A stretch of 61,744 nucleotides of DNA, the filler included. It is 11 parts of 11 records of this genome, joined end to end, with 100 filler letters (N's around TTAATTAATTAA, not from the genome) between each part and the next. Parts side by side here need not be neighbours in the genome. Positions count along the whole stretch, not along the records: positions 29,726 to 37,348 come from SRR7504441_7475; positions 37,449 to 44,752 come from SRR7504441_7476; positions 44,853 to 50,790 come from SRR7504441_7478; 8 more parts are not named here. The stretch is one strand, 5' to 3'. Positions 35,901-46,775 of this stretch are shown here, one piece after another. Numbering within the stretch: position 1 is the stretch's first letter; every line of letters starts with the position of its first letter. The position numbers and the translations under genes were made by a program. The notes under the pieces are model-generated. The model was given only the letters and a program-made list of their open reading frames with translations, was not told where the DNA came from and ran no database searches.

Positions 35901-37348
35901 AGAGAGCCAAGGAGATTGCGAAGAAGATTAAGGAGAAGAAAGAAAAGGTTAGGAAGCTGCGCGAACGCAAATTGAAGCGAGCTGAGGAAAAGCGAAGTAA
36001 GGTCAAGGCTGCCGAGATCAAGAAGAAAGAGGAAGCTGCTGCTAAGGAAAAAGCAGCCAAATTGAAGGCGGCCGAGGTCAAGAAGAAAGCCAAGGAAGCT
36101 GCTGCTAAAAAGTTGTCGGCTGAACAGGCAATGAAAGCTGAGCAGGCTGCCAAAAAGGAGAAGAAAACTAAGCAACGAGTCGAAGAACTTGCAGCAAAGG
36201 GCAGAGAGGCCAAGGCTAAAGCAAACCAAGGCAGGATTCGAAAAGCAGAGAATGCTGACAAGGAAAAGATTCGAAAAGAGAAAGCTGCCAAGGAAAAGAC
36301 GCGCAAAAAGGAACAGAACGCAAAGAAGGAAGCTGTCGAAAAGGAAGGAAGAAAAAAGCAGGCTGAACGAGATGCTAAGGAGCGTGCTCGCAAGCGAGAG
36401 CAGGCTGAAAAGAAGAGACAACAAGAGCTTCAAAGGAAGCAGCAGGAACAAGAAAAGAAAGAAAAAGCGAAGGCAGCTGAGAAGGCAAAGAAGGCTCGTG
36501 TCCAGGAGCAGGAGCAGAAAGCAGCTCAAGCGGCTGCCGAAATATCGAGGCGCAAATATGAGAAAGCACTTAAAGAAAAGCAAGCAAAGGATGAGAGACG
36601 CTTGAAGCAGCTGGAGCTCAAGCGTAAGGCTGAAAAGGAGAAGAGCGATAAAGCTGAGCAGGCCAAAGATCAGGAAAAGGAGCGCAAGGCAAAAGAGAAG
36701 ATGCGCAAGATTAAGCGCAAGGAACTTGAAGAAAAACGCAAGAAGGAGACTCTGGACAAAACTAGAGCAAAATTGCGCCTGCAAGAGCGTGAAGATAAGC
36801 GGATCAAGATCCAGAAGGAGAAGAACGCAAAGAAGCTAGAGGCGCTTGAAGTTGCACGTAAGCGGTAAGCATCGTATTGTGCCATGATGCTGGGCTAACT
36901 ATTGTGTTGCAGTTCTGAAGAGCAAAGTCAGAAGGCTGAGCAGAAGGTGAAAGAGAATGCACAAAAGATGAAAGAGAAGCAGGAGAAATTCCAGAAGCTA
37001 CTCAAGCGAAAGGAGCAACAAAAGAAGAAAGAGGCAAAGCAGAAGGCTGAAGAACGAGTGCCAAAGAAGGAGGGGGAGGGCAAGGCAGAAGGAAAGAAGA
37101 AACGGGCAATCGCGGAGGCTGCTGCAAAGAAAGAGGCATCGCTTGAAAAGAAGAGCAAGGAGGATAAGCAAAAAGAGATTGAGGGAGTCGAGAAGGAAAA
37201 GAAGGCCAAGGAGAAGGTTGCAAAGGCTAGGGAGAAGCAGAAGAAGGAAAAGCAGAAGAAGGAGAAGGATCAGAAGCGGCTGAAGATGCTCGAGAGGAAG
37301 CGCAAGTTCGCTAGGGAAAGCGCTGACAAAGCCCAGCAGAAGCTGGAG
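29978..37348 (+). CDS. Giant secreted Lys/Glu-rich coiled-coil protein with a duplicated Cys/Trp-rich domain (over 2,400 aa, 3' partial)
   Basis: A 6.9-kb first exon begins with a signal-peptide-like MPPGARRRPGVGGLWVVVLACAGCWG. Intron 36865-36912 (GTAAGC..GCTAAC..CAG) continues the frame to the contig end. Confidence 0.85.
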
Positions 37349-37651
37349 NNNNNNNNNNNNNNNNNNNNNNNNNNNNNNNNNNNNNNNNNNNNTTAATTAA
37401 TTAANNNNNNNNNNNNNNNNNNNNNNNNNNNNNNNNNNNNNNNNNNNNGGTTTGTCGTAGGTCTGCGACGCCATTTTATAATAATAGCCTCTACAATGTC
37501 ATATATACTCCGTGACCAACTTAGAACACGAGAACAAATGAACAGATCACGACTTTGTGCGATCGAATGTGCGATGCTTCTCATGACCACAGCAATCTGT
37601 ATGACCACAGCTTGATGGAGTGGCCAAGCCTCAAAAGCAACTTTTATGCGC

Positions 37652-40600
37652 TTACCATGTGCTTATACCGGGTCGTTTCTTGCCTGTGCGTCGGCAGGTT
37701 GGCGCAGGATTACAGTCGAGACCCATCATGAGCCATTGCCTAGTGTCAGCAGGATCAATAGTGTCATCAAGCTCTCCATTGACCGTGTTGTTCAGCGCCT
37801 TTCCATGCTGGTACATAGTATCTAGAATGCTGTCAAACAAATTCTTCTCTGCTGCAGCACCACCATCTGCTCGCGCCTCAGCTAGCTGCTTTGAGAACCC
37901 CAGCTTGACGGCTCCTTCGAGCCCCATTGGCCCAAACTCCCCAGACGGCCAGGACACGCAAAAGTGCTCATTCCCCATCAGCATCCCGCCAGCCATTGCC
38001 TGTGCACCTAGGCCATATGCCTTCCTTGTGACTACCACAAATCGGGGCACTGTGAGCGAGGCAGCTACAACAAACAGCCTACTGAACTTCCTCACGGTAG
38101 CTTGCTGCTCAGAGTCGACCCCGACCATGAACCCGGGTGTGTCAACCAGTGAGAGCACTGCCAACTCAAAGGCATCACACAGCTCGAGGAACCGCGCCGC
38201 TTTGAGTGCAGCATCACTGTCAATGGCACCGCCCTTGTGTTGAGGATTGTTGGCAATCACCTGCAAATATAAGCACGCTCGTCAACAAGGGCGGTAGAAA
38301 TTATTAGGCAGGTAGATACTTACCCCCATCGGGCGACCGGCGATTCGGATCTGCCGCGCAGCTATCAGTGTGATACGGCACCAGTGGCAGATATTACACA
38401 CCAGGGCTGTGACGATGCCAACCCCGTAGCCTTCCCGAATATAGAGGACAGAGTCAGTGTCAGCGATGAGCTCGATGGCGGTCTTGATCGAATACACACG
38501 CAGCCGATTCTCTGGTACACACCCACGCAGCAGCTTCTGATCGGCACAGTTGCCTCGATGATCAGCTCTTGAGAGCGAGCCTTGGAAATAAGACAGGTAC
38601 TTCTTGGCTGCAACAACGCCGTCCGCCTCGGTCTCTACCACAATGTCCACTACCCCGTTCGAGACCTGCGCAACGCTGTGACCGCCTCTAGTTCTATACT
38701 GCTCCCACCTGGGTTGATAAAGGACCAATTTGCGTTGGACGCACCACTCCGAGGCCTCCGCCTGCAAAGAACAGTAAAGGGCCTGCGATGCTCAAATTGC
38801 CTTCAATCATCGATGGGCCACCCATCCCTATGTTTGCACCCTTAGTGGCAATAATGAGATCACAAGTTCCAAGCATTGCTGCATTTCCAGCAAAGCAAAA
38901 CCCGCTCGCCAATCCTACTAGAGGCACCAGTCCGCTCAATCGTGCCAGGGTGGCAAATGTGGGCACCTGTTGCCCTGGTTCAGCACGCGGGTTAGCAGCG
39001 AGAGCGCACCGCCAGCCCAGCGCCCATCGGCCCTGGCGCCTCGGTGTCTCCTGGGCGACCCCCTCCGCCTTCGCACCACCACACGACCGGCAGCTGCGCC
39101 CGCTCGACGATTTCGAGGATTCTGTCGGTCTTGTGGTGACTGTGGCCTCCTTGAGTGCCAGCTAGCACCGTGTAGTCGTAACTCAGTACTGCCACTCTGG
39201 TCCGCTCTCGAGCATACTCTCCAAACAGGGAACCGTTCACACAGCCGACCCCAGTCACAATGCCATCAGCTGGCGTATTCATAATCAAATCGTCCAAATC
39301 TCTTCGCTTCCGCTGCCCTGCCACCCGAAGCCTCCCATACTCCACAAAGCTCCCGGGATCCACCAAATCAGCAATGTTCTCGCGCGCTGTGCGATAGCCA
39401 ACAGCTCGCCTCCTGGCAACCCTCCGCACAAACGCCGGATCGCGCTGGATCCTAGCGTCGTCCAGGGGAATAGCTTGCCTTTCTAGTACCTCTTGCAGAT
39501 CGGGTCGGACGGCTGTGAGCGCTGCTTGGTGGTCAGCAGACTGCGTGCTTCCCACTTGCTCCGAATGCTGTACCAGTGCGACGGCGGAGTCTGGGTCAAT
39601 CAGCTGGCCTGTGGTGACCCGAATATCAACGACTATGCCGGCCGCCTCCGATGAGATCACGTGCTCCATTTTCATGGACAAGACGACCACTAGCGGCTGC
39701 CCAGCTTGCACATGGTCTCCGACTTTAACCTCCACGGCTGCCACCTGGCCTTGTATCGCCGAAGCTACCCAGAAGTGCCCCTCCGGTGCAGGTTCTAATG
39801 GCTGTGCGGTGGACGTAGCCAGGCCAGTGTCTGCGCCACGCAATCTGCTACTCGCCTCCTCGAGCAGCTCAAGCATGGCTGCGCTGGCAGGCTCCCGATT
39901 CTCGGTGCTGCCGAGCTCTTCGAGAAAGTTTGTCCTTGCATTCCCTAGTGCAAGCTCAGGACGAGATACGAGCTGTAAGAGCAGGGGTAGATTGGTCGGA
40001 GCTCCGGTCAGATGAAACTGACGCAGTGCAGACTGGGCGCGTAGCAGCGCCTCCTCAAAGCTGCCCGCTGTGCAGATCACTTTGGCAATTAAAGGATCGA
40101 AAAATTGCACTGGCTTGTACCCTAGGAACCCACAGCTGTCTACCCTCACCCCGATGCCAGATGGCTCTCTGTAGCCGGTGAGGCCTTGTGCAGAAGAACA
40201 AGGGCCACTGAGCGATACTGCACGCCACAGGTCAGATAAAGCAACTCCAGCTGAGGGTGCAACCTCGGCACTGCACTGCACACCCCGAGAGCTTGACGTC
40301 GCGCTGTGAGTTTAGACCAAGTTGGGCCAGTGAGGCTCCGGAGGCAATCCGGAACTGTGCCTGGACGAGATCGATCCCAGTGACCTGCTCAGTAACTGTA
40401 TGCTCGACCTGAACCGATGGGTTAGTATGAGCAATTAGTACTAGTCGACGATTACTAACCATCATATAGTAGTCAATTACTACAAGTATAATACTACGTG
40501 TATGATGCTTGACCTGAATCCTCGGGTTACACTCCATAAACCAGTACTCGTCCCCCGACACCAGAAACTCGACGGTCCCTGCGTTGCAGTAGCCAGCCGC

Positions 40601-41473
40601 AGCCATCAACCGGACAGCGTCGCTGGCCATCCGCTCTCGAAGGTGTGAGGCCAGCCCTGGTGCTGGCGCTAATTCGACCAACTTTTGGTGGTTGAGCTGA
40701 ACGCTGCAGTCTCTATCAAACAAGTGGACGCAGCCCCCGTGCTCGTCCGCAAGCACCTGCACTTCCACGTGCCGGGGCCGGTCAACCATCTTTTCGACAA
40801 ACACAGCCGAACTGCCGAATGCCGCCTCAGCCTCCCGAGAGCAGCTCACGAATGCTGCCACGAGCTGGTCTGCTGCCCTGACCACCCGAATCCCCTTGCC
40901 GCCACCGCCGGCTGACGCCTTGACCATCAACGGATACCCGATCTGCCGCTCCGCCACCAGCCGTTCTGCCTCCAACGGGCTGGCGACGGGCCCCGTCCCG
41001 GGTAGCACTGGTACCCCAGCCTCGGCCGCTAGGCCCCTCGCGGCGACCTTATCTCCAAAGAGGCGGATCGCCGCAACTGGCGGACCGATGAACTTGATCC
41101 CGGCCGCGGCACACGCGCCAGCCAGCGCCGCGCTCTCAGAGAGAAGTCCGTACCCGGGGTGGATGCAGTCGCACCCAGCCTCCTGTGCGGCCGATACGAT
41201 CAAATTCGGCGTGAGATAGCCGGCAGCCGGCGAGCCCGTGGGGTCGCTGGCCTGGAGCAGCACGCTGGTGCGCGCGGTCCGCGTGTGGAGCGCCTGGGCG
41301 TCCTCCGGCACGTGGATGGCCACTGTGTCCACCCCGAGCGTCTGGGCCGCTAAAGCGATGCGCACTGCGATCTCGCCCCGGTTGGCGATTAGCACCCGCC
41401 GGAGCAGCTGGCCGGCAGTGAGCTGGCGGGCCAGCTGGCCGAGGCGCGCGACTCCTCTGTGGTCACGGTCCAT
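37652..41473 (-). CDS. Single-chain biotin-dependent acyl-CoA carboxylase (BC-BCCP-CT order, long-chain acyl-CoA carboxylase type)
   Basis: BC: VLIANRGEIA, IHPGYG, KASAGGGGKG, ECNPRIQ|VEH. BCCP: SMKMEH. CT: DYTVLAGTQG, EGGGGRPGD, GMGGPSMIE|GGGLG, DTPGFMVG, RKAYGLGAQAM. Several introns, including 40409-40513 and GC-AG 38762-38800. Confidence 0.92.
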
Positions 41474-41541
41474 GGACTCGATCAGGAAGGTCGCTCTACC
41501 GGGCCCGAAAATCAACGGATCCTGGCTCCAGCAAAGCGGAT

Positions 41542-41763
41542 ATGCCGGCGGACCCAGGCCGGGATCCGTACGCGGAGATGCTCGAGCAGTTGAACAAGCT
41601 GCAGGAGGAGACGGAGGAGCTCTCGGGGCACGCCGGCCGGCTGCTCCAGGACAACCAGGCCGTCTGCCAGATCACGGCCCAGCTGCATCGGCTACTCGAA
41701 GCCAAGCTCGCTGTCCCGCCGCTCGCCCCAGTCAACCCGCCGGCCACCGCCCCGGAGCGGTAG
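41542..41763 (+). CDS. Small coiled-coil protein (73 aa)
   Basis: ATG-initiated ORF divergent from the carboxylase, with a heptad pattern (MLEQLNKLQEETEELSG) and GC3-rich codons. Confidence 0.6.
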   Translation: MPADPGRDPYAEMLEQLNKLQEETEELSGHAGRLLQDNQAVCQITAQLHRLLEAKLAVPPLAPVNPPATAPER

Positions 41764-42142
41764 CTGGGACGGCCCGGTGGTGCGGGCAAGTGGCGAGCAA
41801 ACCAGGCCGGGTGCGGGCGGCCACTCAGAGGCCAGAGGACCGGGGGAGCGGGGAAGGGGGGGTAGCAGCGGAGGATCATTCAGAGCGGCGGGGTGGGTGG
41901 TCGCTGCATGCCGGCGCGGAGAGGGCGCAAGGTGGGCGCAAGGCGGGCACGAGGGCGGCGCGGAGCTGGCGCGGGATGCGACCTCGGAATGCGCTGGATG
42001 GATAGGGCGCACATGTTTGAAAATTTGAATTAAAGTAAGTATTCGGTTCGTGGGGAGCCGAACACGTGGCGACTGTCGCCGACGCACAGGTGGGGGCTTG
42101 TCAGCACGAGACTACCGACGCGCCTCCGCTAGGATATATTAG

Positions 42143-43138
42143 TCAATCAATCGTTTGCGGCTCACTAGAAGTGTCCAGCCTAGTAATCTCGCTCACTACC
42201 CGTGCTTGCACCCAGTCCTGCCAAGCATCGGTGTGGCTCCCCCCGAGCCCGGCCGGCAAGCACTCCAACGGCACCAGCTCGTGCAGCTCGGCCAGTTTCG
42301 GCATGATCACCACCCTCTCTTGCAGCTTTGGCTTGAGAGAGCTGATGATAGTCGACAGCGCAAACCGCATCAGCATCCCTGCCCGCACCACGCACACCCG
42401 CTTGATCTTGCACGGGAAGGTGTCCTGCATTGTCTTGATAACCCCCTGCAGCGCCAGCGCCTCTCCGGCCGCCGTGTCCTTGAGGTCGAGCAGCACACTC
42501 AGTCCGCTCTCCTGCATCGCTCGGCTCGGGAGCACTAGCTGCTCGAACACGTAGTGCGCCGCCTTGATGTACGCCTCCACCGGCCGCGCCCGCAGATCCA
42601 GCCGCCGGCCGCTCACCATAACCAGGCCCCGGCCCTCTCTATCCCGCCCGGGCAGCGCCACACACACTCCCGCCTCCAGCCCCGGCCGGCAATCGGCCGC
42701 CCTAAGACGGAGCGGCCAGCCCATTCCCTCCCGGTAGAGCGAAAAGTGCCGGGCCAACCGGAACGCCTTGTCAGCGTCGTCCGAGCGGGCCCGGGCGATG
42801 GCGGTGAGCAGCCGGCAGTTATGCTCCCGCCACTCCGGCTGCGCCCCGGCCAGGTGGGCCAGCCAGCCAGAGACCCGGTCCCAGAGCTCAGCCGTTGGGT
42901 CGGGCGCCGCCTCTGGCTCTGTCGGACCCCGTCCAGCCCGCCAGGCCTGCCCGCGCTGCCGTGCCCGGGCGGAGCGGGCGGTGGCGGGGGAGCCGCAGCG
43001 GGGGCAGGCCTGGTCGCGCTCGCCCAACCCCCAGCTGCACTGCGGGCACACCGCTGCCTGCCGCTCCGGCCGCTCGGGCGGGTGCAGCGCCACCGTCGCC
43101 ACGTGCGAGGGCTGGCCAAACCCTGGCGGCGAGGCCAT
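42143..43138 (-). CDS. CRAL-TRIO/Sec14 lipid-binding protein with an N-terminal zinc ribbon
   Basis: LPGRDREGRGL, MQESGLSVLLDL, MQDTFPCKIK, LKPKLQERV and LPAGLGG, plus N-terminal CPQC..CPRCG. Alternative start at 43174. Confidence 0.85.
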   Translation of the reverse strand: MASPPGFGQPSHVATVALHPPERPERQAAVCPQCSWGLGERDQACPRCGSPATARSARARQRGQAWRAGRGPTEPEAAPDPTAELWDRVSGWLAHLAGAQPEWREHNCRLLTAIARARSDDADKAFRLARHFSLYREGMGWPLRLRAADCRPGLEAGVCVALPGRDREGRGLVMVSGRRLDLRARPVEAYIKAAHYVFEQLVLPSRAMQESGLSVLLDLKDTAAGEALALQGVIKTMQDTFPCKIKRVCVVRAGMLMRFALSTIISSLKPKLQERVVIMPKLAELHELVPLECLPAGLGGSHTDAWQDWVQARVVSEITRLDTSSEPQTID

Positions 43139-43172
43139 CTTGCTGCTAACGGCAACTTCGATAAAAAGAGCC

Positions 43173-43466
43173 ATGGGGTCTCCCGCGCAAGCGCCGCTGG
43201 GGGCTGAGCGGCCGTGCCGCAGGTGCGGCGCGTCGACCGATCCAGTTTCGAGCAGTGAGAAGGCTGAGACTACTCCACCGCTGGCTCAGCCAGCCGCCAC
43301 GCCGGCCGCTGCGCCCCCGGCAGCCGCGAGCAACGGCTCCGAGGTGAAGGATGTGCGTTACTATGTCATCGAAGCAGAATCGGGCAAGGTGCTAAGCACC
43401 AGTTCGCTCGCCCCTTTCAACATTGATGAGAAGGCAGCTTCGATGAAGGCGGCTTTGGGCAACTAG
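43173..43466 (+). CDS. Small protein with predicted N-terminal MGCGAS dual-acylation motif (about 82 aa)
   Basis: Removing the in-frame 45-nt intron 43178-43222 (GT..CAG) converts the N-terminus to MGCGASTDPVSS. Confidence 0.65.
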   Translation: MGSPAQAPLGAERPCRRCGASTDPVSSSEKAETTPPLAQPAATPAAAPPAAASNGSEVKDVRYYVIEAESGKVLSTSSLAPFNIDEKAASMKAALGN

Positions 43467-43644
43467 AAGCGTACCAAGTATTGAATGCAGACAAACCATT
43501 TCCTAGGGATTTCAAAGGAAACGATTAGGAAATGACCACACCACTTTCAACATTTTAAATTATTATGAGTATCACGTTGGTGTTGGGAGCACTAGTGCAG
43601 CTAGCTAGGTCCTTTCGCACCACTAGCCGTTCTTCATTAGTCCC

Positions 43645-44523
43645 TCACGCGGTGTCCTTTGGCACCACTACTCGAGACAAAAACGGCTTAGTCGTCTCCT
43701 TTGTGATCGGTACAAAATCACCTTTCGCTATTTGGGCAAACTCCTCGCGCTGCAGCTTCCCATCACTGCTTTTATCATATCTCCTGAAGAGATCGGCAAC
43801 GATCTGGTCCACTAGCTGCTGCCTGGACTCCTCCGCCTCCGCGCCTACCCGATCCAACTTCCTCGTCTGCTCGATAGCCTCCCTGTACCCCTCGGCGAAC
43901 GCGGCTTGGTCAGGACCCTCAGCCGCATACCGCTCATCCCGCGCCGCCAGCAGCAGCTGGGCCTGAATCCACAGACCGACCTCACCCGCGTCCAGCAACC
44001 CGTCCCCATCCGCGTCCAGCGCCGCGAACGATGCGGCCAGCTTATCCTCGTGCGAGGCCAGCGCGCTGACCGTCATTAGCAGGAACTCGGCGCAAGATAG
44101 CTTGCCGTCCCCGTCCCGGTCTATTGCGCGCCAGACTAGCTCCACGCACGGGCCCAGCGAAGCGTCGGCCGGCTGCTCGAGCACTTTTGCCTTGGACAGC
44201 ATGCCCGAGTCGTCCTGCACGGCGGCGAAATACTGCCGGAGCTGGAGGATGAGAGACTCGATCTCCCGGTCTACCAGGGCGCGAGGCGCCACCGGCTCGG
44301 GTCCGGCGTGGAAGTGCTTTAGCAGGATGGACCGGACGAGGGCCGCGTCGGTGGACGAGAGCGGCGAGGCTCTGAGCACCCGCCGCCGCTCCTGCTCGGC
44401 TTGGCGATCCTGCTGGCGGGCCGCCGCGGCAGCGGGGAAGCACGCACTCGGCTGCTGAGGGAGAAGCGCCGCGCTGAGCGCTGCTGCCCCGACTCTCCAG
44501 GTCGTCCAGTTGACCCGGGGCAT
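43645..44523 (-). CDS. EF-hand calcium-binding protein (NCS/calcineurin-B-like spacing)
   Basis: EF loops DRDGDGKLSCAEF, DADGDGLLDAGEV and DKSSDGKLQREEF. The Arg/Ala-rich N-terminus may be a targeting peptide. Confidence 0.85.
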   Translation of the reverse strand: MPRVNWTTWRVGAAALSAALLPQQPSACFPAAAAARQQDRQAEQERRRVLRASPLSSTDAALVRSILLKHFHAGPEPVAPRALVDREIESLILQLRQYFAAVQDDSGMLSKAKVLEQPADASLGPCVELVWRAIDRDGDGKLSCAEFLLMTVSALASHEDKLAASFAALDADGDGLLDAGEVGLWIQAQLLLAARDERYAAEGPDQAAFAEGYREAIEQTRKLDRVGAEAEESRQQLVDQIVADLFRRYDKSSDGKLQREEFAQIAKGDFVPITKETTKPFLSRVVVPKDTA

Positions 44524-44629
44524 TGCTCTGGCAGTCTGCTCAAAGTCCGTTGTGAGTGTTCTGGTTGGGCGTGGGTTGCCTGCCTGGTGGCCTCCTGGGT
44601 TGTGTGATGAGGACGGCGGGGCGGTGAGC

Positions 44630-44752
44630 ATGGGGGAGCCGCACGTGGTGGTGTATGGCTCGACGGTGTACTTCAAGGACTTTGTGCACAACGGGTTCCT
44701 GACCTGCAAGAAGCGCAAGGTGTGCATGGCGGTGGTGGAGCAACTGGGCGCC
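44630..44752 (+). CDS. 5' fragment of an unidentified gene
   Basis: MGEPHVVVYGSTVYFKDFVHNGFLTCKKRK with GC3-rich codons, divergent from the EF-hand gene and cut by the contig end. Confidence 0.45.
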
Positions 44753-44960
44753 NNNNNNNNNNNNNNNNNNNNNNNNNNNNNNNNNNNNNNNNNNNNTTAA
44801 TTAATTAANNNNNNNNNNNNNNNNNNNNNNNNNNNNNNNNNNNNNNNNNNNNGGGGCAAGGCATCCTCTAGTGTTCCGAACGGGTGGACCGTAGTCTATC
44901 AGTATGTTTCCGTTGTTAAACCCACGTGGCCCCGTCGAGTCGTCCAGAACAAGGAGACAG

Positions 44961-46571
44961 ATGCCGCCTCTGGACCCGAGCCAGTACACCCCGCTGGACC
45001 AGATCGAGCCAGGCTACGCCCGGCTGCGCACGGCGCTCGCCGCCGGGCGGATCCTGCCTCTGGCCAAGCGGAAGCAGCAGCTGCGGGCGCTGATGGCCTT
45101 GCTCAAGGAGAACGAGGACGCGCTGTGCGCCGCGGTCAAAGCGGACTTGGGCAAGCCGGAGGGCGAGACCTACGGGTTCGAGCTGCTTGTGGTGAGCAAC
45201 GAGTGCGCCCACATGCTAGAGAACATTGACCAGTGGTCTCGCCCTACCAACCCGCCGGTGCCGTTGCTCAACAAGATGGACGGCTGTCAGATCCGACCAG
45301 AGCCGTTGGGGGCGGTGCTGATCGTCGGGGCGTTTAACTACCCGGTGCAACTGACCCTGATGCCCATCGCCGGGGCGATCGCGGCTGGAAATGTGGTGAT
45401 GGTCACCCCTTCGGAGGCCTCCGGCGCGTCGGCGGCGCTGATGGGTGAGCTTGTGGGTCGGTACCTTGATCCTGAGGTGGTAATGATGGTGAACGGCGCA
45501 GTCGAGCACAAACAGGCGCTGCTGGCGCTCCGATGGGATCATATCCTGTACACGGGCGGCTCTGCGGTTGGGAAGATCGTTATGAAGGCAGCAGCGGAGA
45601 ATCTAACGCCCGTAACGCTGGAACTGGGGGGCAAGTCGCCGGCCATAGTGGACAGCAAGGCGGATCTGAAGGTCACCGCCCAGCGGATCGCCTGGGGCAG
45701 GTTCATCAACGCCGGTCAGACTTGTATCGCGCCTGACTACATCATTTGTGAGACCGGGCTCCAGGCTAGACTCGCAGATGAGTTGGCTGCGGCAGTGGCC
45801 AAGTTCTTCGGGACGGACCCTGAGACCTCGCCCGACTACTGCCGGATCGTGAACGGGTCGCACACCAAGCGCGTGCTCAGTCTTGTCGAGCAGACGCAGC
45901 AGGCGAATCCGAAGGCAGTCGTGCGTGTGTGCAGTACCGGGCGGCAGTCGGACGCAGGGACTCATTACATCGCTCCGATGGTGATTGAGTCGTGCAGCAT
46001 GCGGGACGCGATCATGAGCCAGGAGATCTTCGGGCCTGTCCTCCCGATTGTGCCTGTAGACAATCTGAACGAAGCGGTGCCGATCATCAACAGCCGTGAG
46101 AAGCCATTGGCGCTTTACGTCTTCTCCAACGACAGTGCCTTGATCGAGGATGTGCTCGCGCATACGTCGTCGGGCGCAGTGGTGGCCAACGATGTGTTGA
46201 TGCACGCCGCCGTGGACGCTCTCCCGTTTGGCGGTGTGGGCAACTCCGGGATGGGTGCATACCACGGCAAGCACAGCTTTGACTTGTTTTCGCACAAGAA
46301 AGCCGTTATGATCAAGGACCAACGGCTCGAGGCCATCAACACGGCCGTCCGTTACCCGCCCTACTCGCCCGCCAAGCGCAGCCTGCTCACGTTTCTAATC
46401 GGGAAATCGGCTCCTTCGGACACTGGCGGTGTGATTCGGATGATCGTGATAGTGCTGGCTTTCGTGGGCGGGCTGCTGCTGGCGCACTTTGAGAGCCAGG
46501 TCGGCGGCGCGCTCAAGTCGTCGCTGCTGCACGTGTCTGATGGGGCGCGCTGGGCAGCTGACAAGTTCTGA
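44961..46571 (+). CDS. ALDH3: Class 3 (fatty) aldehyde dehydrogenase with a C-terminal membrane anchor
   Basis: EPLGAVLIVGAFNYP, YTGGSAVGK, LELGGKSP, NAGQTCIAPDY, EIFGP, PFGGVGNSGMGAYHG, RYPPY and a hydrophobic tail. Intronless. Confidence 0.95.
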   Translation: MPPLDPSQYTPLDQIEPGYARLRTALAAGRILPLAKRKQQLRALMALLKENEDALCAAVKADLGKPEGETYGFELLVVSNECAHMLENIDQWSRPTNPPVPLLNKMDGCQIRPEPLGAVLIVGAFNYPVQLTLMPIAGAIAAGNVVMVTPSEASGASAALMGELVGRYLDPEVVMMVNGAVEHKQALLALRWDHILYTGGSAVGKIVMKAAAENLTPVTLELGGKSPAIVDSKADLKVTAQRIAWGRFINAGQTCIAPDYIICETGLQARLADELAAAVAKFFGTDPETSPDYCRIVNGSHTKRVLSLVEQTQQANPKAVVRVCSTGRQSDAGTHYIAPMVIESCSMRDAIMSQEIFGPVLPIVPVDNLNEAVPIINSREKPLALYVFSNDSALIEDVLAHTSSGAVVANDVLMHAAVDALPFGGVGNSGMGAYHGKHSFDLFSHKKAVMIKDQRLEAINTAVRYPPYSPAKRSLLTFLIGKSAPSDTGGVIRMIVIVLAFVGGLLLAHFESQVGGALKSSLLHVSDGARWAADKF

Positions 46572-46775
46572 GCTAGCGCATCAATTCTCGAGGTGAGCTC
46601 AGTCTACTGGTGCTATTATCAGTAGGTGATTTCAAGTGTGCGGCAGCACCTAGAGTATTTTTCATTTCATTAAACAGCCGTTGAATGTACATCCCCGGAC
46701 TGCGTTACTAGACTCGCATCACGAGTCCTTAAATCACATTAAATTAGCGCCCGCGTGAGTCCCAATCACTCTTAG

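Noticed and set aside
30916-37223. Long antisense ORFs rich in Leu/Phe/Ser
   Set aside because: They are shadows of the Lys/Glu-rich plus-strand gene. Most other overlapping ORFs in the track are likewise GC-rich shadows.
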